Of a DNA stretch of 36,515 nucleotides, positions 33,226-36,515 are shown one piece after another. Under the pieces are notes generated by a model. It was not told where the DNA came from. It searched no databases and worked only from the letters and a program-made list of their open reading frames with translations. The DNA comes from Octopus bimaculoides (lineage: Eukaryota): the NCBI RefSeq assembly GCF_001194135.2, contig NC_068984.1, forward strand, positions 75,607,662-75,644,176. The letters are read 5' to 3'. Position 1 is the stretch's first letter. The number at the start of each line of letters is the position of its first letter. The position numbers and the translations under genes were made by a program.

Positions 33226-34378
33226 TATTTGTTTGACTCGGCGTTGCTCGTGTTTTCCGTGTTGAAGCTAAGCCCACCTCTGACCTCGTATTGAAATCTT
33301 CTACGTTCCCCGTACCAACTATTACCCATTAAGATATATCTGGTTCGGCAGGGATTTTACCCGGTTAACGCTTTCGACATACTCCTACATACTAGACCGT
33401 CTGAAATTGCAGTAAAACGTTTGGGTGTACCTCGACCCGTTGAGAGTGATATTTGTTTATTTCTCTCCCCTTAATGCCACCCTCTGTACAAAATTGATCA
33501 GCGTGTCCAATCTCTGCAAAATCCGAAGAAAAGTGTTAAGGTTATGTCATAAAATAGAATCCATGCAACCATTTAGATGAAAATATCCCAATGACTTTTA
33601 AATCCCAATACATTATATGAATAATCGATATTTCACAAGTCGAAGTGCTTACTTTTACTCATGGGTCAATTGTCTTCAAAATCAGTTCATTATTTTATTG
33701 TGAGTGAATTTTCATGATTTCTGTCTTTCACCAGTTTAATTTTAAGTCTACAACATGATTCCCACGATAAACTTTACCTAAATGTCAAATTTCATCAAAA
33801 TCGGATGAATTCTGTAAAAGTTACAGCATAAAATATTAATCCTATGGGTAATTGCAAACTAAAAGCCTATTGATTTTTTAAATCTCCGCTCACACACAAT
33901 TATCGATTTTTTGTCAACTCTTCATGCTGGCATCAATTAATGGACAGAAACTGTAATCACTTGTAAAATTTCTACAAAATCAACAAGAATGTCTCTAAGG
34001 AAATGTTTATTTGCATTTGTCTCCTTTTCAAGCCCTTTTGAATAAAATAAAAACCTTTACCGTCTCCCGCACCACAAAATTGACCTACATCTCAAATTTC
34101 ATTAAAATCGGATTAAAAATATAAAAGTTACGGCCAAAAGTAAACTCCCTATGGGTATTTGCACACAAAAAGCCTACTGATTTTATAAAACCACTGCTCA
34201 GGCGCAATTATCGAGTTTTTGTCAACGCCATATACTAGCATCAGCTCACTACCATGAGTCTCGCTCACTCATCGATTTTCATCAAAATCGGACAAAAAAT
34301 GCAAAAGCTGCAGGAAAAATAACATCGTTATGGGAATTTCCATTCAAACGCTCGATTGAATTCATAAAAATCGATACC
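33226..34378. mobile_element. Putative non-autonomous DNA element or Helitron-like relic with internal degenerate ~150-300 bp subrepeats, between (TATG)n tracts
   Basis: aaatttcat(c/t)aaaatcgga...aaaagttac...ctatggg motif at ~33787, ~34093 and ~34275, with a weaker copy at ~33515. Confidence 0.5.
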
Positions 34379-34884
34379 ATATGTATGTATGTATGTATGT
34401 ATGTATGCATGTATGTATGTATGCATGCATGTATGTACATATGTGTATATGTAACTGCATCTCCAAAGTGACGGAAAAGTTTAACTCATTCATCATTCTT
34501 TTTTCCTGTTCGTTTTCTTCCTTTTTTCCCCCTGTTCTCCTTTTTTCCTTGAAACAGTGATATTAATAATCTGAAGACAAAAATGAATAAAATATTTTTT
34601 CTCACAACATTGGTTTACAGCAAGTTTGTTTCTCAGGTCTGTCTTTTAATTTGGGAAAAAATAATTATGCAAATGTTTATATCAAAAAAGTAACAATTAT
34701 GATAACAATATTAATATAAATTACATTAGTCATTTTCAAAGTCGCCCAAACTGTATTGTAATTTGTATTATGCACCAGTCTATAGTGTAATATGTAATTA
34801 TCCTTGGCACAATAGTTCTTGTCCCAAATAATGAACTAATCTTGTATATCGAGTTCGACTATAGGTCAAGAACTTGACAAAAAT

Positions 34885-36108
34885 AAAATGGACATCAATG
34901 CAGCATCAACAGTAGAAGTGGAAGAATTTTAGAAAGAAATATGGTCGGCGAAGGAACAACCTCAGAAGAGGTCTATCAAAACAGCGAACTCAGCACCTGT
35001 ACTACTGTGGACCCCTATATAACAGCTGAAGAGGTCACCCAGGCACTGCAAAAACTAAGCAACTGGAAGGCACCCGGGCACAATAAGATCCCCAGCTTCT
35101 GGTTAAAATATCTGACACATAAAAAGCTGGCTGAAAAATTTAATGATATAGCAAAGCCAGGGACAATGCCTGAATCGCTCACGGAAGGGAAAACTATCCG
35201 AATTCTCAAATCCACTGAAACGGCAAACCCACAAAATTACAGATGAATAACTTGTCTCCCTACAATTTACAAAGCCTTTACTATTATAATATCGCAGAGA
35301 GTGAGCAAGCATCTGGAAGAAAGCAACCTGTTTCCAGAAGAGCAGAAGAGTAGCATGAACACGGTAGCACCAATAATCATAAAATATATAAAATATTCCA
35401 TGAATAAATGGCAGACAGTGCTACAGCTCCAAACAAAAGAGGGACTCATAAAAATCAAAGTCATCTCCATTAGAAGAGGAATATTCCAGGGAGAACACTC
35501 TCTCCACTCCTTTTTCTGCTTAGCACTGACACCTTTATCTTACATGTTAAACAGAACTGGATGCGGGTACAACTGCTACGGCAAAACAATCAGCCACCTC
35601 TGATATATGGATGACTTAAAATTCTACGCTATAAATGATAAACGGCTGGAAACATTACTACAGATAGTATATGAATTTAAGAAAGAAATAAATATGAAAT
35701 TTGGCTTTAAATAATGTGTGAAAGCAACCTTGAAAAGAGGAAAACTAGTTAAGAGTAGCAACATCACATTAGATAATGCAAATGAAATAAGAGAATTAGA
35801 CCAAAGCCAGACATACAAATAGTTAGGAATCAATGAACTAGATAGGATACAACACACACAAAAGAGAGTGAAAATAAAAAATGAATACTATAGACGAGTT
35901 AGATTAATATTGAAAACAGAGCTCAATGCGAAAAACAAGATAATAGGTATCAACACTTTAGCCGACCCAGTTATAAGTTACAGTTACAATATCCTTAACT
36001 GGACACTAAAGGAACTAATCAAAAATAAATAGGAAAGCAAGAAAAATAATGACAGGATTTAGGATGCACCACCCACAATCTACATAGAAAGGTTATATAT
36101 AAAAAGGT
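34885..36108 (+). mobile_element. RLE retrotransposon subfamily G, second copy (RT N-part, internal deletion, RT C-part, thumb start); pseudogenised
   Basis: ALQKLSNWKAPGHNKIPSFWLK...ANPQNYR*ITCLPTIYK...LFPEEQK|MNTVAPIIIKYIK...IFQGE...YMDDLKFY; colinear with 12830-13550. Confidence 0.92.
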
Positions 36109-36347
36109 AGTGGTAGTACCAATAATTGTCGGAGCCCTGGGAACAGTGAGCTAAAATCACGTGAAGTACGTGGAACAAATAGGGGCTGCAATAAGGGTGG
36201 AGCACTTACAGCAAACAGCACTGCTTGGAACCGCTCGAATACTCCGGAAGGTGCTCGAAAAATAAGAGGTATTACCTTAGTTCACTGGTAGTGAACAGCT
36301 GACACCGTAGTACATCTCCAGCGTTAGAAGCTGTGCAAAGGCAATGG
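36109..36347 (+). mobile_element. RLE retrotransposon subfamily H, 3' end
   Basis: VVVPIIVGALGTVS*...LQQTALLGTARILRKVLEK* plus a ~85 nt UTR, followed by (AAT)n. Confidence 0.88.
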
Positions 36348-36392
36348 TAATAATAATAATAATAATGATAATAATAATAATAATAATAATAA
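36348..36392. repeat. (AAT)n microsatellite
   Basis: Direct reading. Confidence 0.95.
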
Positions 36393-36515
36393 CAAAACTG
36401 TACAAATCCAAATATATGGTACCCTAGGCATAACACCTACATGAACTTCTAACTTGTTGTCTCTTGAGGTCTCTGGGTGAGACTTGGATCCAACTTGTAC
36501 AAATGCAAAACAAAA
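36391..36515 (+). mobile_element. RLE subfamily D 3' UTR fragment, running off the window
   Basis: Exact reverse complement of 9299-9423. Confidence 0.9.

Overview
AT-rich eukaryotic DNA that is dense in microsatellites and broken by assembly gaps (N runs at 3100-3211, 4328-4661, 9506-10100, 18141-18270, 18711-19639, 20985-21562, 27060-27409, 29990-30787 and 32297-33120, plus small ones). The SINE families and repeat density suggest an Octopus genome, but this is inferred from recalled repeat families and was not searched. I found no convincing host protein-coding exon; nearly all long ORFs in the track are microsatellite or N artefacts. Contents: (1) many tRNA-derived SINEs of at least four families; (2) at least seven fragments, from about five subfamilies, of restriction-like-endonuclease (R4/Dong-like) non-LTR retrotransposons, stacked in one orientation inside (TAA)n tracts, with two of the stacks seeded on SINE tails; (3) an RTE-clade LINE with a 5' inversion in twin-priming geometry, nested in one of those elements; (4) Tx1/L1-like and I-group relics; (5) three long fold-back elements, one carrying an apparently intact type I hammerhead ribozyme of Penelope-like design, plus several degenerate hammerhead-like motifs; (6) tRNA pseudogenes, a MITE-like element and minisatellites. 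All coordinates were counted by eye and may be off by a few bases.
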